64,000 nt of DNA from contig DASXZY010000078.1 of NCBI GenBank assembly GCA_036501625.1, forward strand, positions 21,040-85,039, read 5' to 3'. A program made the position numbers and the translations under genes. Shown here in pieces: positions 8,746-19,400 of this stretch (position 1 is its first letter; each line of letters begins with the position of its first letter). This DNA comes from Verrucomicrobiia bacterium (lineage in GTDB: Bacteria; Verrucomicrobiota; Verrucomicrobiia; Limisphaerales; Palsa-1400). The notes beneath the pieces were generated by a model, which was not told the DNA's origin, did no database searches, and was given only the letters and a program-made list of their open reading frames with translations.

Positions 8746-9336
8746 ATGGCGAGCAAGTTGCATACTCTGTTGTTCGTTTTTCTGGCGATTGTCCGCGGTC
8801 CGGCGGTCTTTGCGCAAACCGCGGCCGCCAACGAGATCAATTCCGCCGCCGGCGCGGCTGTCAAACAACTTCTTGAGAGCGGCGACGCTTCCCGGTTTGC
8901 GCTCGAAATCGTGGCCGGCGCCAATGACCTGGCCGAGCAGCGCCTTTCCAACACCGTCACGCACGTCACCCGCCCGTGGCCGTTTACACCGGAATCCGTC
9001 GAGGATGAACGTAAAAAAGTGGCCGCGAAAGCGCGGCTTTTTCTTGGCCTGGCCGGACGGCTGGGCGTGGATGCATCGCGGATTACTTTTCGCGTCAAAC
9101 GAGTGCAAGTGGCAAGCCCGCCCGCCGGAGCGGCCGTTCCGCCGGAGGTTGGCGTGCTGCCTTACGCGCCGAAAATCAAGGTTGTCTTGCAAGGCGATTC
9201 AACCATTGAGCGGCTGGCGGGCGAATATGTCGTCGAATTGGATGGGGCCGTAGAATTTTCCAAGGGGTGGCGCATTTACGAGGGCATCCGCTGGGCTCAT
9301 GTTCCAGAGGGACTCGCGGGCCTGATTGGGCATTGA
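8746..9336 (+). CDS. hypothetical secreted protein
   Basis: ATG 8746 gives signal peptide MASKLHTLLFVFLAIVRGPAVFAQ. 196 aa, no recognised domain. Confidence 0.5.
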   Translation: MASKLHTLLFVFLAIVRGPAVFAQTAAANEINSAAGAAVKQLLESGDASRFALEIVAGANDLAEQRLSNTVTHVTRPWPFTPESVEDERKKVAAKARLFLGLAGRLGVDASRITFRVKRVQVASPPAGAAVPPEVGVLPYAPKIKVVLQGDSTIERLAGEYVVELDGAVEFSKGWRIYEGIRWAHVPEGLAGLIGH

Positions 9337-9393
9337 TGGCGATTGAGCAGTTGTCAACCTGGCGGTTCCTTTGTACTTTGGCCCCTGTTTTCA

Positions 9394-11013
9394 ATGCCAC
9401 CTGTCTGGCAGCAGCATTACAATCCGCTTGGTTCTCTGGCGCTGTCCACTCTGGTGGCGGCCGCGCCGGTCGTCGCGCTGCTTTCCTCCATCGCACTGTT
9501 TGGGGTGCGGATTCACCGGGCGGCCCTTGGCGCGCTGGCGTTGGCGCTGGTCATCGCGGCGGGGGTGTATGGCATGCCGGCCCGCGCGGCGGGGGCGTCG
9601 GCGCTGCTCGGCGCTGCTTACGGATTATTTCCCATCGGCTGGATCATTCTCAACCTGATGTTTCTCTATGACTTGACGGTCAGCAAAGGACTGTTTGCCG
9701 TCTTGCGCGGCAGCCTGGCCAATCTGGCCCCGGACCCGCGCGTGCAAGTCATTCTGATCGCCTTTTCCTTCGGCGCGTTCTTTGAAGGGGTGGCCGGGTT
9801 CGGGACGCCTGTGGCCATCACCAGCGCGATTCTGATCCAACTGGGATTTCGCCCGCTGATGGCTTGTGGGTTGTCGCTCATCGCCAATACGGCCCCAGTG
9901 GCGTTCGGCGCGTTGGGCACGCCGGTCATTGCGTTAAGCACGGTCACGGGCCTCGATATCCTCAAGCTCTCCGCCATGATCGGCAAACAACTGCCGCCGT
10001 TTTCGCTGATCCTTCCATTTTGGGTCGTGTGGGCGATGGCCGGATTTCGCGGAATGCTGGAAGTCTGGCCCGCCGCCCTGGTTGCAGGCGCGTTTTTCGC
10101 TGTGCCGCAATACCTCGTTTCCAACTTCCACGGCCCCTGGCTGGCGGACATTGCCGCCTCGCTTTGCTCCATCGCGGCCACGCTCGTGCTGCTGAGGTTC
10201 TGGCGGGTCAAAACGCTGTGGAAATTGGAGGATGCGCCCGCCGCGGAGGCCGGGCCGGCTTATTCGCGCGGCGATTTGGCGCGGGCCTGGGCGCCCTGGT
10301 TATTATTGACGGTTTTTATTTTCGTCTGGGGGCTGCCGCCGGTGCGGCAATTTCTCAATCACGTTTCCGCCGGGGACCGCTGCCAATGGCCCATGCCCGG
10401 CCTGCATTTGCGCGTGGCGCGCGGGCCGGAAGTGGCGCTGCCAGGCGCGCTGCCGGAGAAGGCGATATATTCTTTCGAATGGCTTTCGGCCACGGGCACC
10501 GGAATTCTGCTCGCCGCCTTATGCGCGGGAATTTTAATGGGCCACCGCCCCGGCGGGATGCTGGCCATTTACGGGAAGACCGCCGCGCGCCTGCGATTTT
10601 CATTGTTGACCATCGCGGCGATGCTCGCCCTTGGCTACGTTACACGCTATTCCGGGATCGATGCGACGATGGGGCTGGCCCTGGCGCGGACGGGCCGGCT
10701 TTATCCGTTCTTCGGCTCGCTGCTGGGCTGGCTGGGGGTCGCGTTGACCGGTTCCGACACCGCCTCCAACGTGCTGTTTGGCTCGCTGCAAACCATGACC
10801 GCGCGGAAACTGGGTATTAATCCAGTCTTGATGGCGGCCGCGAACAGCTCCGGCGGCGTGATGGGAAAGATGCTGGACGCCCAAAGCATCGTCGTGGCCA
10901 GCACGGCGACGAATTGGTACGGGCACGAATCCAAAATCCTGCGCTGCGTTTTCTTTCACAGCCTGGCTCTGGCGGCGCTGGCGGGCCTGCTGGTGTATTG
11001 CCAGGCGCAATGA
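9394..11013 (+). CDS. lldP: L-lactate permease (LctP/LldP family)
   Basis: MPPVWQQHYNPLGSLALSTLVAAAPVV.., FFEGVAGFGTPVAITSAILIQLGF, IANTAPVAFGALGTPV, SGGVMGKMLDAQSIVVA; multi-pass permease of about 540 aa. Confidence 0.9.
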   Translation: MPPVWQQHYNPLGSLALSTLVAAAPVVALLSSIALFGVRIHRAALGALALALVIAAGVYGMPARAAGASALLGAAYGLFPIGWIILNLMFLYDLTVSKGLFAVLRGSLANLAPDPRVQVILIAFSFGAFFEGVAGFGTPVAITSAILIQLGFRPLMACGLSLIANTAPVAFGALGTPVIALSTVTGLDILKLSAMIGKQLPPFSLILPFWVVWAMAGFRGMLEVWPAALVAGAFFAVPQYLVSNFHGPWLADIAASLCSIAATLVLLRFWRVKTLWKLEDAPAAEAGPAYSRGDLARAWAPWLLLTVFIFVWGLPPVRQFLNHVSAGDRCQWPMPGLHLRVARGPEVALPGALPEKAIYSFEWLSATGTGILLAALCAGILMGHRPGGMLAIYGKTAARLRFSLLTIAAMLALGYVTRYSGIDATMGLALARTGRLYPFFGSLLGWLGVALTGSDTASNVLFGSLQTMTARKLGINPVLMAAANSSGGVMGKMLDAQSIVVASTATNWYGHESKILRCVFFHSLALAALAGLLVYCQAQ

Positions 11014-11112
11014 CCGATTGAGTTCCGCGCGCCCGCCCCGTAACATGCCGGCATCGAACTCAACATCAGACAAGCGGCGGCGGCGGACGCGGAGATTCTG
11101 GCGCGGTTCAAC

Positions 11113-11508
11113 GTGGAGTTGGCCAGGGAATCCGAGAACCTCGCCTTGGAACCGGCGCGGGTGCGCGCGGGCGTGGAAGCGTTGCTGCGCGACCCGGCCA
11201 AAGGAACCTATTTCGTGGCCGAAGCGGGCGGCGAGGTGGTCGGGCAATTGTTGATCACGCATGAATGGAGCGATTGGCGCAATGGTGATTTCTGGTGGCT
11301 GCAAAGCGTCTATGTGCGGCCTGACTCGCGCCGGCGCGGCGTTTTTCAGGCGCTGTTCGCCCATGTGCTGGCGAAAGCCAAAGAGCGGACGGACGTCGCC
11401 GGCGTGCGGCTTTACGTGGAACAGAGCAACGCGCCCGCCCTCAAGACTTACGAGCGCCTGGGCTTCGAGGAAACCCATTATCGGGTCATGGAACGACTTG
11501 TTCCATAA
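11113..11508 (+). CDS. GNAT-family N-acetyltransferase (start uncertain; homology seems to extend upstream to about 11053)
   Basis: Acetyl-CoA binding block VYVRPDSRRRGVFQALFAHVL and C-terminal ALKTYERLGFEE. The first canonical start in frame is GTG 11113. Confidence 0.8.
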   Translation: MELARESENLALEPARVRAGVEALLRDPAKGTYFVAEAGGEVVGQLLITHEWSDWRNGDFWWLQSVYVRPDSRRRGVFQALFAHVLAKAKERTDVAGVRLYVEQSNAPALKTYERLGFEETHYRVMERLVP

Positions 11509-11553
11509 AGGAGCACGGTTTTTAATTTGTCGCTCGCGGTGAAAACGGCCACG

Positions 11554-13065
11554 ATGCGGCTCATGCCAACATCGCCAGAGGCTCCGCTGGCCTACAGAAG
11601 GCTGTTGCAACGCGCGCGGGAAATTGCGCTGGCCTCCAGCACGGGCAGCGCGCTGACGTGGGACCAGGAGACATACATGCCTGCCAAGGCCCTGCCGTAT
11701 CGGGCCGAACAATTAGCGTGGCTGACCGGCCATGCCCACCGCCAGTTTGTCGCCAAACAGGTTGGCCAATGGATTTCGGAATGTGAACAGCTCGGTTTCG
11801 CGCCCGATTCCGATGAGGCTGGCAACCTTCGCGAGTGGCGCCGCCAATACAATCGCGCCACCAAAGTTCCCGCGCGGCTGGTGGAAAAATTGGAGCGCGT
11901 CCGCGCCCACGCGCGCGAAGCCTGGCGGCAGGCCCGCCAGCAATCCGACTTCGCCCAGTTCCATCCGCATTTTGACAAGATTCTCGCCCTCAACCGGCAA
12001 ATGGCCGATTGCTGGGGCTACGAGCAATCCGCCTACGACGCCTTGGCGGAAGGCTACGAACCGGGCGTGACCGCCGCGCAATTGCGCCAGCTTTTTTCGG
12101 AATTGCGCCCGGCCATCGCCTCCGTTTTGGCGCCGGCTCAAGCCCGGTCCGCCGCCGTGCCCGCGGACTTGCTGCGGGGCCATTATCCTGTGCCCGCGCA
12201 GCAGGCCTTCAATCGCAAAGTGGCCGAAGCCGTTGGATTTGATTTTGAGGCGGGGCGCATTGACACCACGGCCCATCCCTTTTGCTCCACGCTCGGCGCG
12301 GGCGATTGCCGCCTGACCACCCGTTACAACGAAGCGGATTTCGCGCAATCGCTCTACGGCGTGCTGCACGAAGCCGGGCACGGCATGTATGAGCAAGGGT
12401 TGCCGCATGAGGATTTCGGCACGCCCAATGGCTCCGCCGTTTCCCTGGCCATTCACGAATCGCAGTCGCGCCTGTGGGAAAACCACGTCGGGCGCGGGGC
12501 CGCGTTTTGGGAACATTGGCATTCCGCGGCGTGCGAACATTTTCCGGGACTGAAAAAATTCCCGGCCGCCCAAGTCAGCGCCGCCGTCAACCGCGTGTCC
12601 CCTTCTTTCATCCGCGTCGAAGCGGACCAGGTGACGTACGACCTGCACATCATTTTGCGGTTTGAAATCGAGGTTAATTTGGTTGATGGCGCCTTGAAAA
12701 CGAAGGACGTGCCGGGTTATTGGAACGAACAATTCCAGAAAATGTTCGGCCTCAAAGTGACCAGGGATTCCGAGGGCTGCCTGCAAGACATCCATTGGGC
12801 CATCGGCCTGATCGGCTATTTTCCGACCTACACGCTGGGCAATCTCAACGCCGCCCAACTCATGCGCCGAGCCGCCGCTGAGGTCCCGGATTTTTCCAGC
12901 CATCTCGCGGACGGCGATTACAAACCGCTGCGAACATGGTTGCGGGAAAAAATCCACCGCCAAGGCTCGCGCCACAACCCGCGCGAGCTCATCCGCCTCG
13001 CCACCGGCGAACCGACTGGCATCCGGGACCACATTGAATATTTGCGGGGAAAATTCGCGAGCTGA
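11554..13065 (+). CDS. M32 carboxypeptidase (carboxypeptidase Taq family)
   Basis: HEXXH site GVLHEAGHGMYEQG plus family blocks HESQSRLWEN, DIHWAIGLIGYFPTYTLGN, TWDQETYMP. ATG 11554 is preferred over the TTG at 11527. Confidence 0.9.
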   Translation: MRLMPTSPEAPLAYRRLLQRAREIALASSTGSALTWDQETYMPAKALPYRAEQLAWLTGHAHRQFVAKQVGQWISECEQLGFAPDSDEAGNLREWRRQYNRATKVPARLVEKLERVRAHAREAWRQARQQSDFAQFHPHFDKILALNRQMADCWGYEQSAYDALAEGYEPGVTAAQLRQLFSELRPAIASVLAPAQARSAAVPADLLRGHYPVPAQQAFNRKVAEAVGFDFEAGRIDTTAHPFCSTLGAGDCRLTTRYNEADFAQSLYGVLHEAGHGMYEQGLPHEDFGTPNGSAVSLAIHESQSRLWENHVGRGAAFWEHWHSAACEHFPGLKKFPAAQVSAAVNRVSPSFIRVEADQVTYDLHIILRFEIEVNLVDGALKTKDVPGYWNEQFQKMFGLKVTRDSEGCLQDIHWAIGLIGYFPTYTLGNLNAAQLMRRAAAEVPDFSSHLADGDYKPLRTWLREKIHRQGSRHNPRELIRLATGEPTGIRDHIEYLRGKFAS

Positions 13066-13157
13066 GGGCAGTTTCGTTTCCCAATTAAGGACCCCTCTCG
13101 CCTTGTTATTGCTTTCCCCGCCGCTGCCAGTATAGTCTGCCTCTCATTGAGCGGACT

Positions 13158-13919
13158 ATGAACCCAGCCATTGAAACCACGAATCTGACGAGGGACTTTG
13201 GGACGTTCCGCGCGGTCAACCAACTTAACCTTCGGGTCGAAGCGGGCCGCTTCTACGGCTTCCTGGGGCCCAACGGAGCGGGCAAATCCACCACCATCAA
13301 AATGCTGACCGGCCTGCTCGCCCCCAGCGGCGGCGCCATCCGCATCCTGGGCGAAGACATGGGCGACCCGCGCCGCGCCCTCGAGATCAAGCGCCGCATC
13401 GGCGTGGTGCCGGAAAATCTGGCGCTCTTTGACAACCTGACCGCGCGCGAACACCTGACCTTCATCGGCCGCATGTACCTTCTGCCTTTGGAGACCATCC
13501 GCGCGCGCTGCGACGAATTGCTGGCCATCATGGACCTGGCGCGCGATGAAAAGAAGCTCACGCTCGAATTTTCCCACGGCATGAAAAAGAAACTGGCCCT
13601 GGCCGCCGCCTTGATTCCCAATCCCGACCTGCTATTCCTGGATGAGCCGTTCGAGGGCGTCGATGCAGTGGCTTCCCGAACTTTGCGCGACACCCTCAAG
13701 CAATGCGTCGGGCGCGGCGCCACTGTTTTCTTGACTTCCCACGTCCTGGAAATTGTCGAGAAACTGTGCAGCGACGTGGGAATCATCGCGAACGGGAAGC
13801 TTGCGCATCAGGGCACGATGGAAGAGTTGCGCGGCGGGGGTTCGCTCGAAGACAAATTCCTGGCCCTCGTCGGAACCGAGGGGCAGGAGGCGCAGAAATT
13901 AAGCTGGCTGGAAGCCTGA
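13158..13919 (+). CDS. ABC transporter ATP-binding protein
   Basis: Walker A GPNGAGKST, signature FSHGMKKKLALA, Walker B LLFLDEPFEGVD. Confidence 0.9.
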   Translation: MNPAIETTNLTRDFGTFRAVNQLNLRVEAGRFYGFLGPNGAGKSTTIKMLTGLLAPSGGAIRILGEDMGDPRRALEIKRRIGVVPENLALFDNLTAREHLTFIGRMYLLPLETIRARCDELLAIMDLARDEKKLTLEFSHGMKKKLALAAALIPNPDLLFLDEPFEGVDAVASRTLRDTLKQCVGRGATVFLTSHVLEIVEKLCSDVGIIANGKLAHQGTMEELRGGGSLEDKFLALVGTEGQEAQKLSWLEA

Positions 13920-13930
13920 GATGATTTGAA

Positions 13931-15682
13931 ATGAACTGGCCGCAACTCAAAACCATTCTATGGCTGCGCTCGCGTCTGATGCGCAACCAATGGGCGCGCA
14001 GCAAGGGCATCGGCGCGGCCATCGCGGCCATCATCGCTGTGGCCGTTGCCATTATGGGCGCGACGAGCTTTGCCGGGACGCTGGTCATCGGAATGTATGG
14101 GCTGGCCAAGGTTAGCCCGCTTGTTTTGTGGGTGGTGTGGACGGGCGTGGCCGGGATGTTCATGTTTATGTGGTTGATGGGCCTAATGATGGAACTGCAA
14201 CGCTCCGAAAGCATCGACCTCCAGCGCCTGATGCATTTGCCGGTCGCGCTCGGCCAGATATTTATCATCAATTATTTGGCGTCCCATCTGGCCACGAGCA
14301 TTATCGTTTTTGTTCCTGCCATGATGGGCCTTGCGTTGGGCCTGGCCATTTCGCGCGGGCCTTCGATGCTGCTGCTGGCGCCGCTGGCGCTGGGCATGGT
14401 CTGCATGGTCTCGGCCTGGACTTATTGCCTGCGCGGCTGGCTGGCCAACCTGATGAACAATCCCCGCCGCCGCCGCACGGTGATCATGGTTATCATGATG
14501 ACCTTCATCCTGTTTTCGCAGCTTCCCAACCTTTATTTCAACGTCTTCCAAAGATTCGACCGTCCGCCGCCCGGCGCGCGCGCCGGGCAAAAACATCCCA
14601 ATGCGGACCGGCTCACGATGCAAGCCAGCCAAGTCATTGCCGTGGAGGAATTCATTCCGCCCCTCTGGCTGTCCGCGGGCGCCAAAGGGCTGGCGGAAGG
14701 AAACGCGCTGCCGGCCCTGTGCGGCGTGTTCGGCCTTTTTGCCATTGGCGGGCTGGGTCTGTGGCGCGCCTACGTCGGCACGGTGCGATTTTATCGCGGC
14801 GGCTCCAGCGGAAAAGCCGGGGTGGAAGCCCCGCCGGAACGGGCGCGCGCCGCCATTCTTGGCGCGGTCGCGGTCAAAGGCGCCGCTCGTTTCGTGGAGT
14901 TTCGTGTGCCGGGCGTGCCTGAACAGGCCGGGGCGATGGCCGTGGCCACCTTGCGTTCGCAGTTGCGCGCGCCGGAAGTGAAAATCGCGTGGGGCACCTC
15001 CATCCTCGTGCCGCTGATTGTGGGCGGCTCGGTCCTGTTCCGCCACGAACTGAAAATTTCCGAAGACGCCAAACCCTTCATCGCCACTGGCGCGGCGGTG
15101 TTCGCTGTCTTCATGCTCGTGCAATTCTTCGCCAACCAATTTGGCTTTGACCGGGACGGCTTTCGCGCCCTGGTTCTTTCGCCCATGGACCGGCGGTTTA
15201 TTTTGCTGGGCAAAAACCTTGCCTGCATTCCTGTGGGAGTGATTCTGGGCGGATTGCTGATGGGCATGCTGGCCATTCGGCTTGCGCTGTCCCCGCTGGA
15301 CGTGCTGGCGGGCATGCTTCAACTTGCCTCCTTGCTTCTGATGGCCGGGATGGCTGGCAATTTGCTCTCGATTCTCGTCCCTTACCGCATTCAGCCGGGC
15401 ACAATGAAGCCAACCAAAATGCCGGGCCTGGCCATGCTGACGTTAATGGCCTGTCATCTGTTGTTTCCCGTCGCGATGGCGCCCGCGTTCGTGCCGGCCC
15501 TGGCGGAACTGCTATGGCACAAGTCGGGATGGGCAGGGGCGGGGGCCGTGAATTTGCTGCTGTCGCTCGTCTTGGCTGGAGCCGCGGCACTGGCTTACTG
15601 GCAGGCGCTTGGCCCGCTGGGCCGGTTGCTGCAACGCCGCGAAACGAAAATCCTCGGCATCATCAGCGTCGAGGTCGAATAG
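13931..15682 (+). CDS. multi-pass membrane protein, putative permease partner of the ABC ATPase
   Basis: 583-aa ORF starting 12 nt after the ATPase gene, with ten or more hydrophobic segments. No signature recognised; the call is made by context. Confidence 0.6.
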   Translation: MNWPQLKTILWLRSRLMRNQWARSKGIGAAIAAIIAVAVAIMGATSFAGTLVIGMYGLAKVSPLVLWVVWTGVAGMFMFMWLMGLMMELQRSESIDLQRLMHLPVALGQIFIINYLASHLATSIIVFVPAMMGLALGLAISRGPSMLLLAPLALGMVCMVSAWTYCLRGWLANLMNNPRRRRTVIMVIMMTFILFSQLPNLYFNVFQRFDRPPPGARAGQKHPNADRLTMQASQVIAVEEFIPPLWLSAGAKGLAEGNALPALCGVFGLFAIGGLGLWRAYVGTVRFYRGGSSGKAGVEAPPERARAAILGAVAVKGAARFVEFRVPGVPEQAGAMAVATLRSQLRAPEVKIAWGTSILVPLIVGGSVLFRHELKISEDAKPFIATGAAVFAVFMLVQFFANQFGFDRDGFRALVLSPMDRRFILLGKNLACIPVGVILGGLLMGMLAIRLALSPLDVLAGMLQLASLLLMAGMAGNLLSILVPYRIQPGTMKPTKMPGLAMLTLMACHLLFPVAMAPAFVPALAELLWHKSGWAGAGAVNLLLSLVLAGAAALAYWQALGPLGRLLQRRETKILGIISVEVE

Positions 15683-15698
15683 GGGAACTCGACCGCTG

Positions 15699-16172
15699 TC
15701 AATACATTGTTCGGAGCGGCGCGGCCTTTTCCGTGCGCGCTTCCCGTTCGCCAGTGGCCCGGATTTTACGGGCGGTGGCACGTTCGATCCAATCCGGCAC
15801 TTTGGACAAATCCGGCCCGTGTTTCAGGGGGATGGCCATGATCGTGGCCTGCCATTCGTGCGGCAAAATTGTTCCTAGCGGGTGATGTTTGCAGCAAGTA
15901 TCGCCGACATGGGCGGAAACAAAAGTCGTGTGTTCCGCGATTTCGAGAAACTCCGATCGGATGCTGTGTTTGACGCACAGTGGGATAATGTACCATTTCA
16001 TGTCACCCGCGGAGTCCTTCTGCACATGAGCGCCGAGGACGGGCTTGGCCAGGCACCTGGCTTCCGCGCAGTGATCGGGAACGGGCTGCCCGCAAATCTT
16101 CACCCAATGATCCAGCCAGCTACCGCACTTGCAACTGCTTTGTCTTCTTCCGTTGACGTTTTTCGCTTTCAT
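15699..16172 (-). CDS. Cys/His-rich zinc-binding protein with a His-Me-finger (HNH-like) core and an unrelated C-terminal tail
   Basis: 157 aa: C14-K-C16-GSWLDH22W..C27..H34C35..C40..GAH49V..WYIIPLC66VKH69. Isolated gene, convergent with the ABC permease and divergent from the histidine kinase. Confidence 0.45.
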   Translation of the reverse strand: MKAKNVNGRRQSSCKCGSWLDHWVKICGQPVPDHCAEARCLAKPVLGAHVQKDSAGDMKWYIIPLCVKHSIRSEFLEIAEHTTFVSAHVGDTCCKHHPLGTILPHEWQATIMAIPLKHGPDLSKVPDWIERATARKIRATGEREARTEKAAPLRTMY

Positions 16173-16467
16173 TTGGTCTCATTGATTGATTGGTTCTAAT
16201 CACGCAACTCCACCATCTGCAAATTTCGTGCCAGCATTTCCCTGCCTTGGAACAAGGCAGGCCTCCGGCCGGGGCAGCCAAAATTTGTCCCGCCGATGGA
16301 CATGTCAACGCGGGATTGTGTCCTAAATACAGTGGAAAAATAGGGTTCACAGCCGAACCCGCGTTCTCACGTTTATTTAAGCTCGCAAGTCTTTTATAAT
16401 CAGTGAAATGCGCGATTTCTGACAAAAGTCTAAAATCAGGCGCGAAACCTGCTATGCAAAATAGCGA

Positions 16468-19400
16468 TTGAGTAACTCTGAATACGAGACAAACGCCAAG
16501 AACCCGGCAAAAGAACGAGCCGCGACAATCTTTCGCGCTCTAAACGAAACGACCTATAAGCAGACCGACCGCATGTTTGCGTGGCTGATCGCCTTTGAGT
16601 GGCTGGCCGCGATGGCGGCAGCCTCGCTCATCTCCCCGCGGGTCCTGCCCTCGGACCGCCCGATGCAATTGGTCGGCACGGCCATGGCTCTGGCGGGCAT
16701 GGTTTACTTGTTTCCGCTGTTCCTGGCGCTGCGTTATCCAGGGCGCTCTCTCACGCGCCATGTCATCGCGGCCGGCCAGATGCTGACGCCCTCCCTTTTC
16801 ATTTATCTGACAGGCGGAGGATTCGAGACGCACTTTTTCATTTTTGGCGCGCTGGCCTCGCTTGCGTCCTACCGGGACGTGTGGATTCTGGCGTCCGCCA
16901 CGCTGGTGGTCGCGGGCGACCATGTGCTGGGCCAATGGGTGCGCTCAGTCGTCGATGGCGCCCATTCCGCGCCGTGGGGCTGGGTTCAATTCACGGGCTG
17001 GGTGTTGTTTGAAGACACGCTTTTGTCACTGTGGATTTGGGAGAGCCTTCGCCTGGTTGAGCGGATCGCGCTGCATCAGGCCGGCCAGCAGATTCTGCAC
17101 GAGACCATTGAAAGCGAGGTCAACGAACACTTGGAAGCGCTTCACCAGGAAAACACCAAGTACAAACAAAGCCAGGCCCTCCTGCAACAAAGCGAAGCCA
17201 AGTTCCGCACCCTGGGAGAATCCTCCCCGGATAGCATTTTTCTGGCGGACAGCATTGGCCAATGGGTTTATTGCAATTCTCCCTGGGCCAAGATGACCGG
17301 CCTGAGCGTCTCCGACAGCCTCGGCCACGGCTGGATTCGCACCCTGCACCCGGACGACAAGGAAAAGATTTTGCAGCAATGGGACCAAACGTTGCGCGAA
17401 CGCAAGGACCTCTCGCTGGAGTTTCGGCTCGTTACCGCCGCCGGCGAAGTCCGCTGGGTCGCCTGCCGCACCGCTCCCATCCAATACGATGCCGGCAACA
17501 CCGGCGAAACCGGCGGCTACGCCGGCTCCATCAAGGACATCAGTTCCTACAAAGAATCCGAGGACGCCTTGCGGCGCGCCAAGACAGAGGCCGAGGCCGC
17601 CGTCAAAGCCAAAGGCGAATTCCTGGCCAAGATGAGCCATGAAATCCGCACCCCCATGAACGGCGTCCTGGGCATGACCAACCTCCTGGCCGACACCGAG
17701 ATGAGTTCCCAGCAGCGTGAATACACTGAAACGATTCGCCGCAGCGCGGAGTCCCTCCTGCTGTTGATTAACGACGTGCTCGATTTCTCCAAAGTCGAAG
17801 CGCGCAAGCTGATTTTCGAGACCATCGATTTCAATTTGCAGGAAACCATCGAAGGTTCGCTCGAATTGCTGGCCGAAACCGCCCAAGCCAAGAACATCGA
17901 ATTGGCCGGATTTGTTTTGGCCGACGTTCCCACGCAATTGCGCGGCGATCCCGGCCGTTTGCGCCAGGTCTTTGTCAATTTGGTCAGCAACGCCGTCAAA
18001 TTTACCGAATACGGGGAAGTCGTGGTCTCGGTCGCCAACATGTCCGAAACCGAAACGCAAGTGGACCTGCGTTTTGAAGTGCGCGACACCGGCATCGGCA
18101 TTTCGCAGGACGTCCAGCCGCGCTTGTTCCAGGTTTTCAGCCAGGCCGACAGCTCGACCACGCGCCGTTACGGCGGCACCGGCCTGGGGCTGGCCATTTC
18201 CAAGCAATTGATCGAATTGATGGGAGGGCAAATTGGTTTTACGAGCGTGCCGGGGCAGGGATCGACTTTTTGGTTTACGGCCCGCTTCGAGAAGCAGGCC
18301 ATGCATGTCAAAGCGGCCGCCGAACCGGCCAACCTCAGCAATCTGCACGTCCTGATCGTCGATGACAACCAGACCAGCCGCCGCATCCTGGAGGACCAGA
18401 TGCAGGGCTGGGGCATCCGTGCCTCGTGCGCTTCGGGCGCGCAGGAAGCCCTGGAGGTTTTGCAGGACGCCTCCCTGCCGCGCGTCGATGTCGTCGTGCT
18501 GGACATGCACATGCCTGGCATGAACGGAATCGCCCTGGCCGAAGTCATCAAGGCCGACCCGCGCCTGGCCCGCGCGCGCATCATTATTTTGACATCGTTG
18601 GGCCATTTGCTTGACGACACGCAATTGGAGCGCATCGGCATCGAGGCCTGTCTCGTCAAGCCAGTCAAGCAAGGCCGCTTATACGAATGTTTGACAGGTG
18701 CGCGCAACCTGCCCAAAAAGCCCGCCCAAAACGCGCCTTCTTCACCCGCCGCCGCGCCGGCCCCGGCCAAGCCGCTGCGAGTGCTCCTGGCAGAGGACAA
18801 TATCATCAACCAGAAAGTGGCCGTGGCCCAATTGCGCAAGCTCGGCTTCACTCCTGATGTCGTTGGCAACGGGATGGAAGCCGTCGAAGCCACGGTGCGC
18901 CACCATTACGACGTGATCCTGATGGATTGCCAGATGCCGCAAATGGACGGCTACGAAGCTACGCGAAACATCCGCGCGCGCGAGGAATCCGAAGGCGGCA
19001 AACCCGTCTATATCATCGCCATGACCGCCAACGCCATGCAGGGGGACCGCGAAAAATGCCTGGAGGCGCGGATGAATGATTACCTTTCCAAGCCTGTCAA
19101 AGACACGGATTTGAAGGCGGCGCTCGTCCGCTCTCAAATCGCGCCCGTTGATCCCGCCGAGGAAGAGGCGGCCAGGGAGTCGCTCATGACCGCGACCATT
19201 GGCGGCGAGTTGGTGCTGGACGTCGAGAGGCTGGAGGCGGCCGCCAACGATGATCCCGTCATGGTGCAGGAATTGGTGGACCTTTACTTCGCCCAGGCCA
19301 AGGATTTGATGAACGGCCTGCGCGCCGCCATCAATTCGAGTTCCGCCAAGGATGTCGATCATTTCGCCCACAAACTTGTCGGCGCCAGCCTGGCGTGCGG

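Noticed and set aside
10600-13032. Minus-strand ORFs of 370 and 439 aa
   Set aside because: They are antisense to the lactate permease, GNAT and M32 carboxypeptidase genes. Low-complexity Arg/Gly-rich translations.
13158-16172. ABC ATPase, permease and the adjacent Cys-rich small protein as a bacteriocin or lanthipeptide export/immunity unit
   Set aside because: The Cys-rich gene is convergent (opposite strand) and has no leader-peptide-like N-terminus. No modification enzymes are present. The adjacency is probably coincidental.
17026-18672. 548-aa minus-strand ORF
   Set aside because: It is antisense to the HisKA/HATPase/REC part of the hybrid kinase. No motifs.
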